From Podarcis gaigeae (Eukaryota): a stretch of DNA of 64,000 bases. The stretch lies in the NCBI GenBank assembly GCA_964106915.2, contig OZ066918.1; one strand, written 5' to 3'. Shown here one piece after another: positions 24,896 through 37,389 of the stretch (position 1 is its first letter; each line of letters starts with the position of its first letter). The notes below the pieces were generated by a model. The model was not told the DNA's origin and did no database searches. It saw only the letters and a program-made list of their open reading frames with translations. The position numbers and the translations under genes are program-made.

Positions 24896-25063
24896 CAGTG
24901 GCGTAGCGTGGGGGGTGCAGGGGGGCTGGCCGCACCGGGCGCAACATCTGGGGGTTAGGGTTAGGGGGCGCAAATCCACGGGTTAGGGGGTGCAAATCCA
25001 CTGGTTAGGGGCCACAAATTACTTGCCTTGCCCCGGGTGCTGACAACCCACGCTACACCACTG
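24896..25063. mobile_element. hAT MITE (168 bp) with internal TTAGGG-containing 22-bp repeats
   Basis: TIR CAGTGGCGTAGCGTGGG / CCCACGCTACACCACTG. 8-bp TSD attccagt/attccaga. Confidence 0.9.
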
Positions 25064-25805
25064 ATTCCAGACATTCTGAATGCTGCTAGCCAGACGGAAT
25101 GACACTCTCCTGTTCTGGGGATTTTCCTGAGCCCATTTCAGGGGCATATGGGAAGAGGAGGGAAGCCCCATTGCACAAGCAGAAGTCATTGCACAGCACT
25201 TCTGGTGAGAGGGCACATGACATCGGTTAATCCCATTCTTATTTTGTTGGAGTTCTCCATTTGGTTATGTTGAAGATCTGGTGTGTTTGTAAAGTGTAGA
25301 TGTTTTACTTTGGGCTCCCACATTTAGTAAATTTATTGGTTGGATTAACAGAATGTATTAAATTGGCTGGAAAGGTGCCACAATTACTTGAAAAGCAGAT
25401 CTTAAATGTTTAAAAGGGCATTTTTCATTCAGTTCCAAATGGGGAAGAAACATTCTCTTTCTCGGTCTCTCTCTCTCTGGAGGGAATGCCTCTTTTTAAA
25501 GGTTCCTGCTTTAACATTTATTTGATAAAATCATTGTTGTATTAATGTGCAAACATATGCAGATTTAATTGGTTGAATTACAGTTCATATGATCAGCTAA
25601 GATAATTGATGACAGCCCTAATTTTTAGTAGCAGTTATTGGGTGGGATAGAAAGAACTGGAATTAAGAGGACAAGATAGGAATGGTTCTCTAAAGTACTA
25701 TAGTCAAAGTAGTGTATGCTAGCAATGAAAAGGGATCCCTTGGACAACATGTGAAAAAGGAGCTTGGGAAAGTGGTTTTTTATTTCAGTGGCACAGAAAG
25801 GGTAG

Positions 25806-26150
25806 TAATAATAATAATTTTATTATTTATACCCTGCCCATCTGGCTGGGTTTTCCCCACCACTCTGGGCGACTCCCAGCAGAATAGTAAAAACATGAAA
25901 CATTAAAAACTTCCCTAAACAGGGCAGTCTTCAGACGTCTTCTAAAAGTCAGATAGTAGTTTATTTCCTTGACATCTGAAGGGAGGGTGTTCCACAGGGA
26001 AGGCACCACTACCAAGAAGACCGTCTGCCTGGTTCCCTGTAACTTCGCTTCTTGCAGTGAGGGAACCAGCAGAAGACCCTTGGAGGAGGACCTCAGTGTC
26101 TGGGCTGAGCGATGGGGGTGGAGACGCTCCTTCAGGTATACTGGGTCCAT
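25806..26150 (-). mobile_element. L2 LINE 3' end (relatively young)
   Basis: Minus ORF YLKERL...RSS...LWNTLPSDVKEIN..LTFRRRLKTALF is the L2 ORF2 C-terminus, with an (ATT)n tail. Confidence 0.85.
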
Positions 26151-26296
26151 TCCTAAGGACTGAGGAAGGGGTTAATAGCTGCCGTCCCCAAGTGGTGGTG
26201 GGCATAAGCCTGGAAGGGGCCTGTTGCTTCTCTGCTTGTTAACGGAATTAATTACTAGGACATTTCATAATCCTTACTAGTTTTTCCTTTCTACAG

Positions 26297-26390
26297 ATAT
26301 GGAGCAAAAGGAAGTGCTGTAAGAATTGAGGTAGTTGTGTATACAGGCAGAGAAGGAAAAAGCTCCCAAGGGTGTCCAATTGCCAAGTGG
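26297..26390 (+). CDS. TET1: TET1 exon 6 (94 nt; [31 protein letters not shown])
   Basis: ctacag|A...TGG|gtaagt. Conserved GCPIAKW. Confidence 0.97.
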
Positions 26391-28234
26391 GTAAGTTTTT
26401 GTTTTATAGTAATATATCTTTATTTGTATTCTTGAAATTCATTTTTTTTATTGCAGCTATGGTGCTTAATGCCCATGAAGTGGTTTTTTCTTAGTGATCA
26501 AAGCGCTATTTATTTATACATTAAAATAATTTTGTTACCCCCTTTGAATCAAAAAGGTTGCACAATGTGACCAATGATCCAGTATAAGCCAGTCAACCAA
26601 GAATGAATGAATGAATTGAATTAAAAACCAGCAGCAGTAAACAAAACAAAAACCAGCAGAAAAAAGTTTACAAGCTGCTCAGTAGATCATCCAAAGACAG
26701 AAATTTCTTCATTGATGGCTGGTACTATTGGGACTGAAGTTTTGCTTGGGTTTTTAGCCTTATCCAATCCCACACTGAGGACTTCTATTGCCTCCCTAGA
26801 CAATGCAGGGTGGCATGGGTATTATCAGCATGCTGGTGTCACTGCACACCGAACCTCTGGATTTCATCTTGGTAAGTTTTACAGCTGTTCTGTGACAGGG
26901 CAGTATTACTGTCACGATACAAACAAGAGGCCTGAGGCTGAAGGTGATTGGTCTGCCAAAGGCCAAATGGGTAAGTTCATGACTGAGCTGGGATATGAGC
27001 TGTAGACTTCTCAGATCACAGCTTATGTTACTAACCACTATGTTACACCAGCCACCTGCAAGCCACACCTTGTTCACAGAGGCATATTGGATTTTAATAG
27101 TCTAGTCCAGTTTTTATTAAATGGCTTTGTTCTAAAGATTATGGATATCAGCAAATTAATCCCTAGGATGGGTTGTAGCATCTACTATACCAGCTTGGGG
27201 TCCTAAACTATGATACTATGCTGCCTTTCTCACAGTGTATTTGTGGGTGCTAGGTACTGTATTTGTGTGTGAACTCTGCATTTTAAAACCATGGAAGAAC
27301 CAGGTGTTCCAGTTTGCTATGTGCCTTAAATCTGGTGTCTGATTTTGAACATGGAATATCAATTTGTTATTCCTTACCAATAAACCATTTAATGTGACAG
27401 CTGTTGGAATGAGTCATTCTGCAGTGCTTTTTTGCCCTTGTTTGTACCTGAACTGATAATGAAGCATTCTAAAGTAAATGCCACTGCTCCCATTATCTTA
27501 TCCCTGCTCACATGCAGGTATTTACACCATTCAAATAAAATTAATTTCTGAGTAAACTAACCCCTGTTTCTGTTCTTGGAAAATTAAGAGCAAATTAAGG
27601 TTTGTTCGGTGTCAGTTTCTTATATAACTATGCACATAGGTTAAGATCTACTTTGTTCTGAGCTTTGTATTGTGGTTTCAGTATTGCAAGTGAATACCTG
27701 TGTTGATTCTCTTCCATTTTAATTCAGCGGCATTACCTAAGCAGCGCAATTAGGATAGCACAATGAAATAGCTTATTTGGAGCAGAGTTATCTGTGGACT
27801 GGTAAACTCTATGCCACTTTCTGTGTTAGTAGGAAAACTTATGCCATTCACAGTGATTCACTGGCTTAAGTGTGGGCTTCAAATTTGTGCTAAGAACTAA
27901 TTTAAGGTGAAACAATAATGGCAATTTGTTGTGCTTTGTTCTTATAGAACAAACACTGGAGAACCAACATTGGCCATTGTGCTCAATATAAGGGTAGACA
28001 ACACTGAAGAAAACTAAATTTTAAAGATTTTTTTCCTGCATTTTAAAAAATGTTTAAAGTATTTATATATGAATGAATTACTAAAGTTTCCAAGCTGTGT
28101 ACATAAAAAATTAAAAAGCATACAATGGACAAGATGGATTGAAACAATTGTATTCTGTTATTATAGACTGTGGTCATCTATAACGCCAAACTTAATATTT
28201 GATATTTATATAGTTTATATTTTTGCTGAATTGG

Positions 28235-28830
28235 TGCTAAATATGTGCTCTTTGTGGGGTTTCCCTTGAGATTAGTTTGGAAGCTGCAGCTAGTGCAGAA
28301 TGCTGTGCCCCCGGTTATTGTGTGGAATACCTGGATAGGCATGTGTTACATTGTGCTGAGGAAACCGCACTGGCTGCCGATCAGGTACTGGGCCATGTTG
28401 AAGGTCTTGTTGTTAACATATGAATAAACAACTCAGACCAGGATACCTGAAAGACTGCCTGCCCTTGTAGGATCAATCAGATAATCTGAGGAAATTCTTG
28501 TAGTACTGTACCCTACAGAATGTCATAGGGTAATGATATGAAAATGGGCATTTTCTGTTATTGCCCTGCATTAAGAAATACCCTTTGCTGTAAGTGAAGC
28601 AGCAACCATCAGTTGTTTCAGATGTTTTGTGAAGTCAGATATTTTCGCCCAGGCTTTCCCTGACCCATAAGAATCTCATCCTGCTTTTCTTTATATTAAT
28701 TCCTGGTTTGGGGTTGTATCCAACAACGTCATCCATGATGCTTTTATACTACTGCTTTATTTTTGTTGTAATTATATTGTTTTTATGCTGTATACCAGTT
28801 AAAGAATTGTAAAAATATCAAGTGGCATAT
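28235..28830 (+). mobile_element. L2 LINE 3' fragment
   Basis: GFPLRLVWKLQLVQNA...HWLPIRY...KVLLLTY is L2 ORF2 C-terminal sequence. Boundaries approximate. Confidence 0.75.
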
Positions 28831-28846
28831 ATCTATATATCGGGAG

Positions 28847-29191
28847 GGATGCGGGTGGCACTGTGGGTTAAACCATAGAGCCTAGGGCTTGCCAATCAGA
28901 AGGTTGGTGGTTCAAATCCCCATGACAGCGTGAGCTCCCATTGCTCGGTCCCTGTTCCTGCCAACATAGCAGTTTGAAAGCACGAAGTGCAAGTAGATTA
29001 ATAGGTACTGCTCCTGTGGGAAGTTAACCAGGGTTTCCGTGCATTTCTCTGATTCGCCAGAAGCAGCTTAGTCATGCTGGCCACATAACTCGGAAGCTGT
29101 ACACCGGCTCCCTTGGCCAGTAAAGTGAGATGAGTGCCGCAATCCCAGAATCGTCCTAGACTAGACCTAATGGTCAGGGGTCCCTTTACTT
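28847..29191 (+). mobile_element. Sauria SINE
   Basis: tRNA-like head ggatgcgggtggcactgtgggttaaacc..ggttcaaatccc and cctttacttt tail. 13-bp TSD tatatatcgggag/tatatattgggag. Confidence 0.92.
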
Positions 29192-29379
29192 TATATATTG
29201 GGAGTGAGAGAGAGAGAATAAATTACAATGATTTAGGATGTATTTAGACTGTTGGGGACATTTCTCCCCAACTTTTAAGTGCTTATATTGATTTTGTAAT
29301 TAAAAACAATGCAAATCATTTGAAAACAATCAGATATCCTTGCACCTAGATAATTTCAAGTTTGCCAGGAAGCAGTATA

Positions 29380-29625
29380 TTTCAGCCATCAAATGCCTGG
29401 GTGAATATGCAGGCTTTTAAATTCCTTTTGAATGTTAAAAATGAGGAAGGCAGATGTACCTCACCAGGGAAAGCATTCCATAAATGGGGAACTACCAAGA
29501 TGGTGGGCACCCCCAACAGGGCCTCCCCCACTGACTGTAAGACTTGAGATGGATGATATTGGAGGAGGTGCTCATTTAGGCACTCGGGTCCCAAGCTATA
29601 AAAGACAGAAATGAAAAGTCTCAAG
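29380..29625 (-). mobile_element. L2 LINE 3' fragment
   Basis: Minus ORF ...PHLWNAFPGEVHL..SFLTFKRNLKACIFTQAF. Confidence 0.75.
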
Positions 29626-29721
29626 AACAGATAACATTAGTGAGAATGGGGAAAAGTGTAATATATACAGTTTGGAAATTATCTGTAATTATCTGCTAAA
29701 GTAGGGAGATGAACCTCAGTA

Positions 29722-29963
29722 CAGTGGTACCTCGGGTTACATACGCTTCAGGTTACATATGCTTCAGGTTACAGACTCTGCTAACCCAGAAATAGTGCTT
29801 CAGGTTAAGAACTTTGCTTCAGGATGAGAACAGAAATTGTGCTCCGGCGGCGCAGCGGCAGCAGGAGGCCCCATTAGCTAAAGTGGTGCTTCAGGTTAAG
29901 AACAGTTTCAGGTTAAGTATGGACCTCCGGAATGAATTATGTACTTAACCTGAGGTACCACTG
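29722..29963. mobile_element. Tc1/mariner (Tigger-like) MITE
   Basis: TIR CAGTGGTACCTC...GAGGTACCACTG with TA TSD. Confidence 0.92.
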
Positions 29964-30057
29964 TAGTCTTTATTTGACCATCTTCTAAAAGCTTCATTCT
30001 GTTTTTCTGTCATGTGGCTTTGAGCTGTTCCTATAGTTTGTCTCCAATTTCAAATTC

Positions 30058-30225
30058 TCATAGAATTGTAGACTTGGGGGGTACCCTGAGGGTCATCTAG
30101 TCCAACCCCTGTAATGCAGGAATCTCAACTAAAGCGTTCATGACAGATGGCCATCCTATCTCTGCTTAAACACCTCCAATGAAGGAGAGTCCACAACCTT
30201 CCGAGGGAGTCTGTTCAACTGTCGA
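30058..30225 (-). mobile_element. CR1 LINE 3' end
   Basis: tcatagaattgtaga..ggtcatctagtccaacccctg is the reverse complement of the 11920 terminus type. Confidence 0.8.
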
Positions 30226-32882
30226 AATTTTAAATTATAAAATCTAATGCTGTAAAGAAAGTGTGAAAGATCAGTGTTTTTGTTCAATAGACCTTTGTTC
30301 AATAGAATCACAAGGTCCTTTCTGCAGTCTATATCTGACTGGTCTCTTAAATGTCATCTTGGTGTGATAAGGATTATAATGCATTGAAGAAGCTATAGGG
30401 TACAATTAAGAGAGAAAACAAAGCTGCAGTTAGGATCTTTTTAAAAAGCTGAAGTGCTCAGCACTTTCCTGCATTCTAGACAGTGGTCTCATTTTCACAT
30501 CCTTTAAACCATAGTTAAACTAAACTATGGCTTCAAGAGTAACACTCAGGATGCTGAAACCATGGGCAGTTTGCTTGTTTTCCACCCCTGTTGGGAGCTA
30601 AGCTTGTTTGGAGGAAATGAATCACAAGCTCAAGTTCAGAGGTAACACTTAGCCAGACCATGGCCGCCTAGCTCCTGGCAGCAAATAAGAGCAGGGTAGA
30701 AGAGACATGTATGCTTCATGTTCACCTTAAAACCACAGTTTTGTGTAATTGTGGTTTAAAGGGTTGTGCATATCTGACCAGTAGAGACTTGACTTTGCAT
30801 ATCTACACTGTGCCATTTCATTTAGAGCTTACTGTTCTCACCTGTGTTATATCTTCATGTCACAATATTCCAGTAGTGATTGGACTAGACATCCAGAAAA
30901 TTTAAATCCATGGTAGTATCTTTGGTGATGGAAGAATAATAGGTTAGAGATCTTGCTACATGAAGGTTTGAGCAATGTGTCAGAGTTCAAATAAATTGCC
31001 ACAATTTACATTCTCCCCTGGGGCTGGTTAATGCATACATCAATTCCTATTTAGTTTTTGCTGCATTGTTGCTTTTTATACTGGCACACTTGGTGTATTT
31101 GCACATAATGCTAAGTCATGACTTGTTTCTCCCAACCTTGGTTTGCTTCCTCTTGCCTTGTCCCTTTGAGTATCTGGGTTGGGGTGCCAAGCATTCCATG
31201 GTTGTGTTCAAGCATAAAGCTTAAAACCAGACATTATTTTTAAGCCAATAACAAGCCACAGCTTCATATTGTGGTTTGATGGCCAAAAGCAAACCATGGT
31301 TAGACTGCTGGGCTGAGTCCAGATATTCAAACAAACCATGGCTTTATGTTTTATGCGAACCAGGCTGTTATAAACTGATATGATTTCAAGTGTTTTATTG
31401 ATTGGAGTATTTTTTCTGGGTTCCATTTGTCTTGCACGCATTGTAAGCCACTGCTCTACAGTCTTTCTTAGAGTTGCTGTCTGTCTCTGCAGGCAGATGG
31501 AATCTTGTCTGCAGAATGTTCCATTTTGGAATTAACTGCCCTAATCTATACTGCCACAGAGAGAAGCTATTTTACCTTATGTCTGGATTTCACATAAGTG
31601 TAATTCATTCTATCATTTATATGTGTGTGAACCCATGCACGTTCATATTAGTTAGTTGGCTGATGTTGAAGGGACAGTCTACATCAAGTAATATTTATTC
31701 ACAGAGAACTTATTCCTTATTCCAGAGCTCCTGCCAAGGGTTGAGACAGTTGCTTCAGCAATCTAAAAGAGATATTTCAAGTAAGTAGAACCCAAGCAGT
31801 TAAAACTGCTGCAGGAAGTATGCTTGCCCATGGCATTAACTTTTATAAGTGCATTCTAGACATTGGGGTATGTGGTTTTGTAAAAACGGATATTTTTAAT
31901 AATTTATTTAAGGAATAGTCTTTTACATATACAAGTCGATAACATGGGAAGATTAAAGTATCTCTAGAATATTTGATCATGCAAGATCCTAAAAGTACTC
32001 CTGCATAATGACTGATGATTATATGCCATTATGAAACACCAACATAGTGGGAAGGTATTTCAAGTTTGAAGTATGTTGAAATGCCATCTATTACCTGCTC
32101 ATTTCATATTCAGGAGTCTCCAGTGTGTAGGAAAAGTGGAAAAGGAGAACATCCTTGAGATAAATTCAGGCTACAGCAGGTTCTCTCGCATGTAATTTAG
32201 CAGAAAAGCAGACAATCTAAAAAGCCAATTAAAAAAAATGCAGAAGTAGCACATGGTCCAGTCCTTCCTGTACTGTACCATTTCAAACTTTAGTTGAGGG
32301 GGAGATCGTATACTTTCATGATCCTCTGCATTTGATGTTTTTAATAATGAGAAAGATAGTGCTTTGAATGTGTTCAGTTATTCTGTTGTTTGTGGTTCCA
32401 AATAAAAATTCTCATTTGCTTGAAGATGTTGAAGACGTAAGTGGATTTGTTCAACATCATGATTTGAAACAATTAAGTTACCAAGAATGATTCCTAAGAA
32501 TAGAACGTACGTTTAACTTTTTGCGTGAGTTTGTGAGTAACTGTATGTCTGTAAAGGTGAGCAGTATAGGCATGCTGCATATAGAGACAATCTGAAGGTA
32601 AACTGATCTCAGTTTGGCTGGTGCTTGGATGGGACACTGCTTGGGAATTTTGTAGGTAACCTTGAGTACCATGGAAGAAAGGCAGGATATAAACTTTGTA
32701 AAAGAAAGGATGAATAACCTAGGTTTGAACATTGTTGATATAGAGTAGGGTGAAATTCAAAAATAAAAACCTTATGTCAATAGAGCTCCACAACTGTTCT
32801 TCCCAGGAAGTTTGCAGAACATTGTGGTTACTGGGATAGTGCCTACTCCTGTTCTGTAGGCAGTACTGTGAATTCCAGTATA

Positions 32883-33122
32883 CAGTGGTACCTCAGTTTA
32901 CGAACATAATCCATTCCGGAAGTCCATTCTTAAACCAAAACCGTTATAAACCAAGGTGCGCTTGCCCTAATGAGGTCTCCCGCCGCCGGTGCCCTTCCAC
33001 CGTTCGGATTCCATTCTTAAACCGAGGTAAAGTTCTCAAACTGGGACACTATTTCTGGTTTTGTGGAGTTCATTAACCAAATCGTTCTTAAACAGGACTG
33101 TTCTTAAACCGAGGTACCACTG
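32883..33122. mobile_element. Tc1/mariner MITE (second subfamily)
   Basis: Same TIR CAGTGGTACCTC/GAGGTACCACTG with TA TSD, but a different interior. Confidence 0.9.
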
Positions 33123-34117
33123 TAATGTGATGGTGATAATAGAAATTCTGAGAAATTCGTTTAATTTCACTGCACGCAGGTGGTGTAGTGACAATAAAGG
33201 TTTATTATTATTATTATAGTAATTTGCAAGAATAATCAATCATACCACTATTTTTATAGACTTAGTGTTATTATGAAAATCAGCACTGGTTTCATTTTAA
33301 GTATTGAGGGATGTGTAATATTGAGAGACCGTTTCGAGAGAACTTTTGGGCTAAATTCATTTTGATTTCATTACTGAAGATGTGAAGTTACAATTCTGGC
33401 ATGCCTTCTGTAAAACTCAGTAAAAAAAAGAGTAGTAGACTTGGTAGACCTGTTTTAATACTTTTTCATTCCCAATCATAGCATCAAGCAAAAAATAAAA
33501 TTGTTTTAGCAAAGCCATAAATACATAAATAAATGCACTTATAACTCATAGTTCTACTAATAGCTAAGCTACAGCTGGCTCAATCCAACATTTAAACCAA
33601 TTAAAAGGTACAGCCCTACAAGTAAGCAATCCACAGTGAATTATAGCTGTTGAAAAACTATTTGTTTGTTCTCCAATAGGCCTTAGATTTTCACTCTGTC
33701 TAGAAAGGAACATAAGTGTCTTTAAAAGTGTGATTCAGAATTGCCCCAGGTGGTTTGGGAATCTTGGGTATTTGGAAACGTCAAATGTTTTAACAAAAAT
33801 ACTTTAGGTAGAATGATATGTATTTGGAGGAGACATGTTGAATTTAGGGGTGCCTCCTTCCCCGACAGAACCTACAACAGTTGCATGGCATGCAGAAATT
33901 TCAGTGCTATGCCTTTTTGCTGTCAAGTATGTGCAATGATTTGAAAACCTGCTCACATTGAATTTCTGCAGCTATTAACAGTACAGAGTCTGTGTTGGTC
34001 CAAAAAATGGCATTGTGGAATACAACTCAGTGAGAGACTGGATCGTAAGGCTTCTGGTGTGTTTTAGCAGTTTAAATCTGATATCTTACATTGAATAATC
34101 GCTATGTAACTTGCTGC

Positions 34118-34475
34118 GCAGGTGGCGCTGTGGGTTAAAGCCTCAGCGCCTAGGACTTGCCGATAGAAAGGTCGGCGGTTCGAATCCCTGCGGCGGGGTG
34201 CGCTCCCGCTGCTCGGTCCCAGCGCCTGCCAACCTAGCAGTTCGAAAGCACCTCCGGGTGCAAGTAGATAAATAGGGACCGCTTACCAGCGGGAAGGTAA
34301 ACGGCGTTTCCGTGTGCGGCTCTGGCTCGCCAGAGCAGCGATGTCACGCTGGCCACGTGACCCGGAAGTGTCTCCGGACAGCGCTGGCCCCTGGCCTCTT
34401 GAGTGAGATGGGCGCACAACCCCAGAGTCTGTCAAGACTGGCCCGTACGGGCAGGGGTACCTTTACCTTTACCTT
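34118..34475 (+). mobile_element. Young Sauria SINE
   Basis: CpG-rich, B-box ggttcgaatccc, (ACCTTT)n tail, and perfect 11-bp TSD taacttgctgc (34107-34117 and 34476-34486). Confidence 0.95.
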
Positions 34476-35742
34476 TAACTTGCTGCTAGTAGAGTTGAAT
34501 ACAGAACCTGCTACTTTGCTAAAATTGGTTGTGAATTTGTGCTGACCATCTCTGTTTAGTACTTCAAGGTTGTACTTTTACAAAGGAATAAATAGCATAG
34601 GAGGTTGTTTCTAAGACAAATGAGCTAGTGATGCCTTTGTTCCAGGATCATAAGTAACTGCTAAAATGTGTGGGTGTAGATCACATTTGGGAAATCGGTA
34701 AGCCACTTTGGGCCCTTAGCTGACTTTCATGTGTGGCCTGAAACAGTTTAGGAACCTACCACTGGGGATGCACCACAGCTGTTCTCAATGGCACTCAGCA
34801 GGGTGGGAGGGGAGGTATAGGCAGCAGAAGCCCTCTTTTGACATCCTTCTGTCTCATGTGCTTCATTTCATTCACATTTGTGACATAATGTGCCTGTGAG
34901 TAGGTATCTCTGCATTTTATGGTCTGTAACTTCCTAAGATCCAGACTTGCATATGCTTTGCGTGCTCTTCCATTACTGGTACTGTTCTCAAAGAAGGATT
35001 GAGTAAGTGTGTAAATTGAATGTTACCATCAAGCATTTTTTTTATAGGCCAAAGTGCCAATGTTACATGTCCAATCACTGAACAAGGAATGGGTTTCTGT
35101 GCTCTTTTCTCCCCTTTCTCCCCTTTGTTGCAAATTCTGCCTTGTCTTTCCCGCTTTAGTGGTGGCTCAGCATTAACTGCTGTACTGAAACTAACTATGT
35201 AGTTTGTTAATCCCTCTCCAACTGTGGTTTTGTAACCTGGTTATAGTTGATGCATTGGGACGACAACACTGGTGGGTTTAGATTAGTAATCTACAAGCTT
35301 TCAAACATGTAACATAGTGCAGACCAGTTAATCCCATTAATCTAATCCATCATCTCTGCAAAATGAACACTAAATTTGGGGCACAATCCTTTTTCCTGTC
35401 TGATGCTGTGCTCATGATTGGAAGAAGCTCTGTAGGACCTGACTTTACCCTCTTCACTTTAGCACATATGTATCTCTGTACATGAGCCACGAAGAGAAGG
35501 AAATGGAGTTCTGGTGTGCCTTAACGCAGGGATGGGTAACAAATAACCCTCCAGATGTGGCTAACTTAGAGAGAATGGTGAAGACACTAATAAAACAAAA
35601 TTCTGGTAAATAAGGGTTGGTAGCAATATGCAATCTTTAGAAGAAATCCAACACGACAGCAGGGTCTCTGCAAACAAATAACTGGCATCAGTGCCTTAGA
35701 TCCTTTCTGTTTGATCTACAAACAACTCAACCTGTTTTTCAG

Positions 35743-35951
35743 GTGATACGAAGAAGTAGCGATGAAGAAAAACTGCTCTGCTTGGTTCGACAGCGTGCAG
35801 GACATCACTGCCAAAATGCCGTCATTGTGATACTTATTTTGGCTTGGGAGGGGATTCCTCATCTTCTGGCTGACACTCTATACAAGGAACTGACCCAGAG
35901 CCTCAGAAAATATGGCTGTCCAACTAGCCGAAGATGTGCACTAAACGAAGA
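35743..35951 (+). CDS. TET1: TET1 exon 7 (209 nt; [23 protein letters not shown]...RRCALNED)
   Basis: tttttcag|GTG...GA|gtgagt. Zn-ligand motif GHHC. Confidence 0.97.
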
Positions 35952-36235
35952 GTGAGTGCACTCCAGAACACTGATATTTTGATGCATGAAAGTTTTAATT
36001 CTCCCACATAATTTACTTCTGTGACTCGTAATTAGTCTTTTTAAGATTTCAGATTATAGCCCTAGTACATAAAACTTGAAAAAGTGTCATTTTGTAGTTG
36101 AGTAGGATGTAGCCAACGTTTAATTGCCAATTTGAGTATAGTGTGGGAGGACCAAAATGAGCTTTCTGCGCCTCCTGTTTTCATCTCTGGCAAAAAAAGA
36201 AATTACATGAAGACGGGTGTTTCCCTTCATTTTAA

Positions 36236-36373
36236 AACAAATAGGTATCTGAAGAAGTGTGCATGCACACGAAAGCTCATACCAAGAACTGACTTAGTTG
36301 GTCTTTAAGGTGCTACTGGAAGGAATTTTTTTTGTTTTGACTATGGCAGACCAACACGGCTACCTATCTGTAA
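36236..36373 (+). mobile_element. Penelope-like element pLTR fragment
   Basis: ctgaagaagtgtgcatgcacacgaaagctcatacc...ttggtctttaaggtgctactgga...cagaccaacacggctacc. 12-bp TSD ccttcattttaa (36224-36235 and 36374-36385). Confidence 0.8.
36244..36283 (+). ncRNA. Minimal type-I hammerhead ribozyme motif (Penelope-associated)
   Basis: Stem I GGUAU (36244-48)/AUACC (36279-83). Core CUGAAGA (36249-55) plus one extra A. Stem II GUGUG/CACAC with CAUG loop. GAAA (36271-74), GC, then UC with predicted cleavage after 36278. Confidence 0.78.
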
Positions 36374-36705
36374 CCTTCATTTTAATTTACTTGAGCCACA
36401 TCTTGTTATGCTGCTTCTGATGCTGTGAAGGAATCACAACCAAACCTATCAAGCATGATATCTTTCTCTAAATAGCTTAAATTATAAACTTAGTATATCC
36501 CATTAGAAGGTCAGTTGACTAGGAAATCTCTTATACACAGTAATAGAAAAGTAACATTTATACCCAAATCGGTCATTATCAAAAACCGCTGATGAACTAT
36601 GACATGTGTGTTTTTCCATTGTTCTGTTCAGAGATGTTTGGGGTATGCATTTATAGAAGCTTGCTGCACTGCTGGCTGATTGCCACTTGTTTAAATCTTC
36701 CACAG

Positions 36706-36856
36706 TCGTACCTGCGCCTGTCAAGGCCTTGATCCAGAGACATGTGGAGCATCCTTCTCATTTGGCTGTTCATGGAGTATGTATTATAATGGCTGTAAGT
36801 TTGCCAGAAGCAAAGCCCCCAGGAAATTTAGACTTCTCACTGATGATCACAAACAA
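36706..36856 (+). CDS. TET1: TET1 exon 8 (151 nt; [50 protein letters not shown])
   Basis: ccacag|T...CAA|gtaagt. Invariant TET motif [13 protein letters not shown]. Confidence 0.97.
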
Positions 36857-37389
36857 GTAAGTGTCCTTCCTGCCTTTCTCAAAATAATTTCTAATTTTAC
36901 TTTTTAGGGACTAAAAGCAAAAAGGGTGCAGGGTTTTTTTTGCTAATTGGATCACTTGGGCATATACATTTATAAGCATTCAAGGCAGCATGATACCTAA
37001 TGCAATCTCCTCATTTCCCCCTCTCTATCCCTACTACATAGATTCTGTGTGAAGACAGAGCACCACGACAGTGCTGTTTGTGCCAAAACACTCATACATT
37101 ATTGGTTTACCAAGGTCTTTCTTGACATTTTATTTACCCTTTTGTTTGCAGTTAACTTGCTGGCTCCTTCACCAATGCATTCCTTTCATGCCTCCAATAG
37201 CCCATAGCTGACTGTAGTTTATGTATGTGCCCTCCCAGATAGAAATTGAACATCCTCAGACATATTCAAGGTGTCAGTTTAAATAACAGTTATTTCAGCC
37301 ACTGATTAGTTTTTATTTCCCATAGTCCCAATTTTTTAAAAAAGTTGGAATACTTCATGCTTGCATAGGAGGGGGCATGCTGATAGTGG

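Noticed and set aside
24950-25012. Interstitial telomere or chromosome-fusion scar
   Set aside because: Only a few TTAGGG units, all in one orientation and enclosed in a TIR/TSD-bounded MITE.
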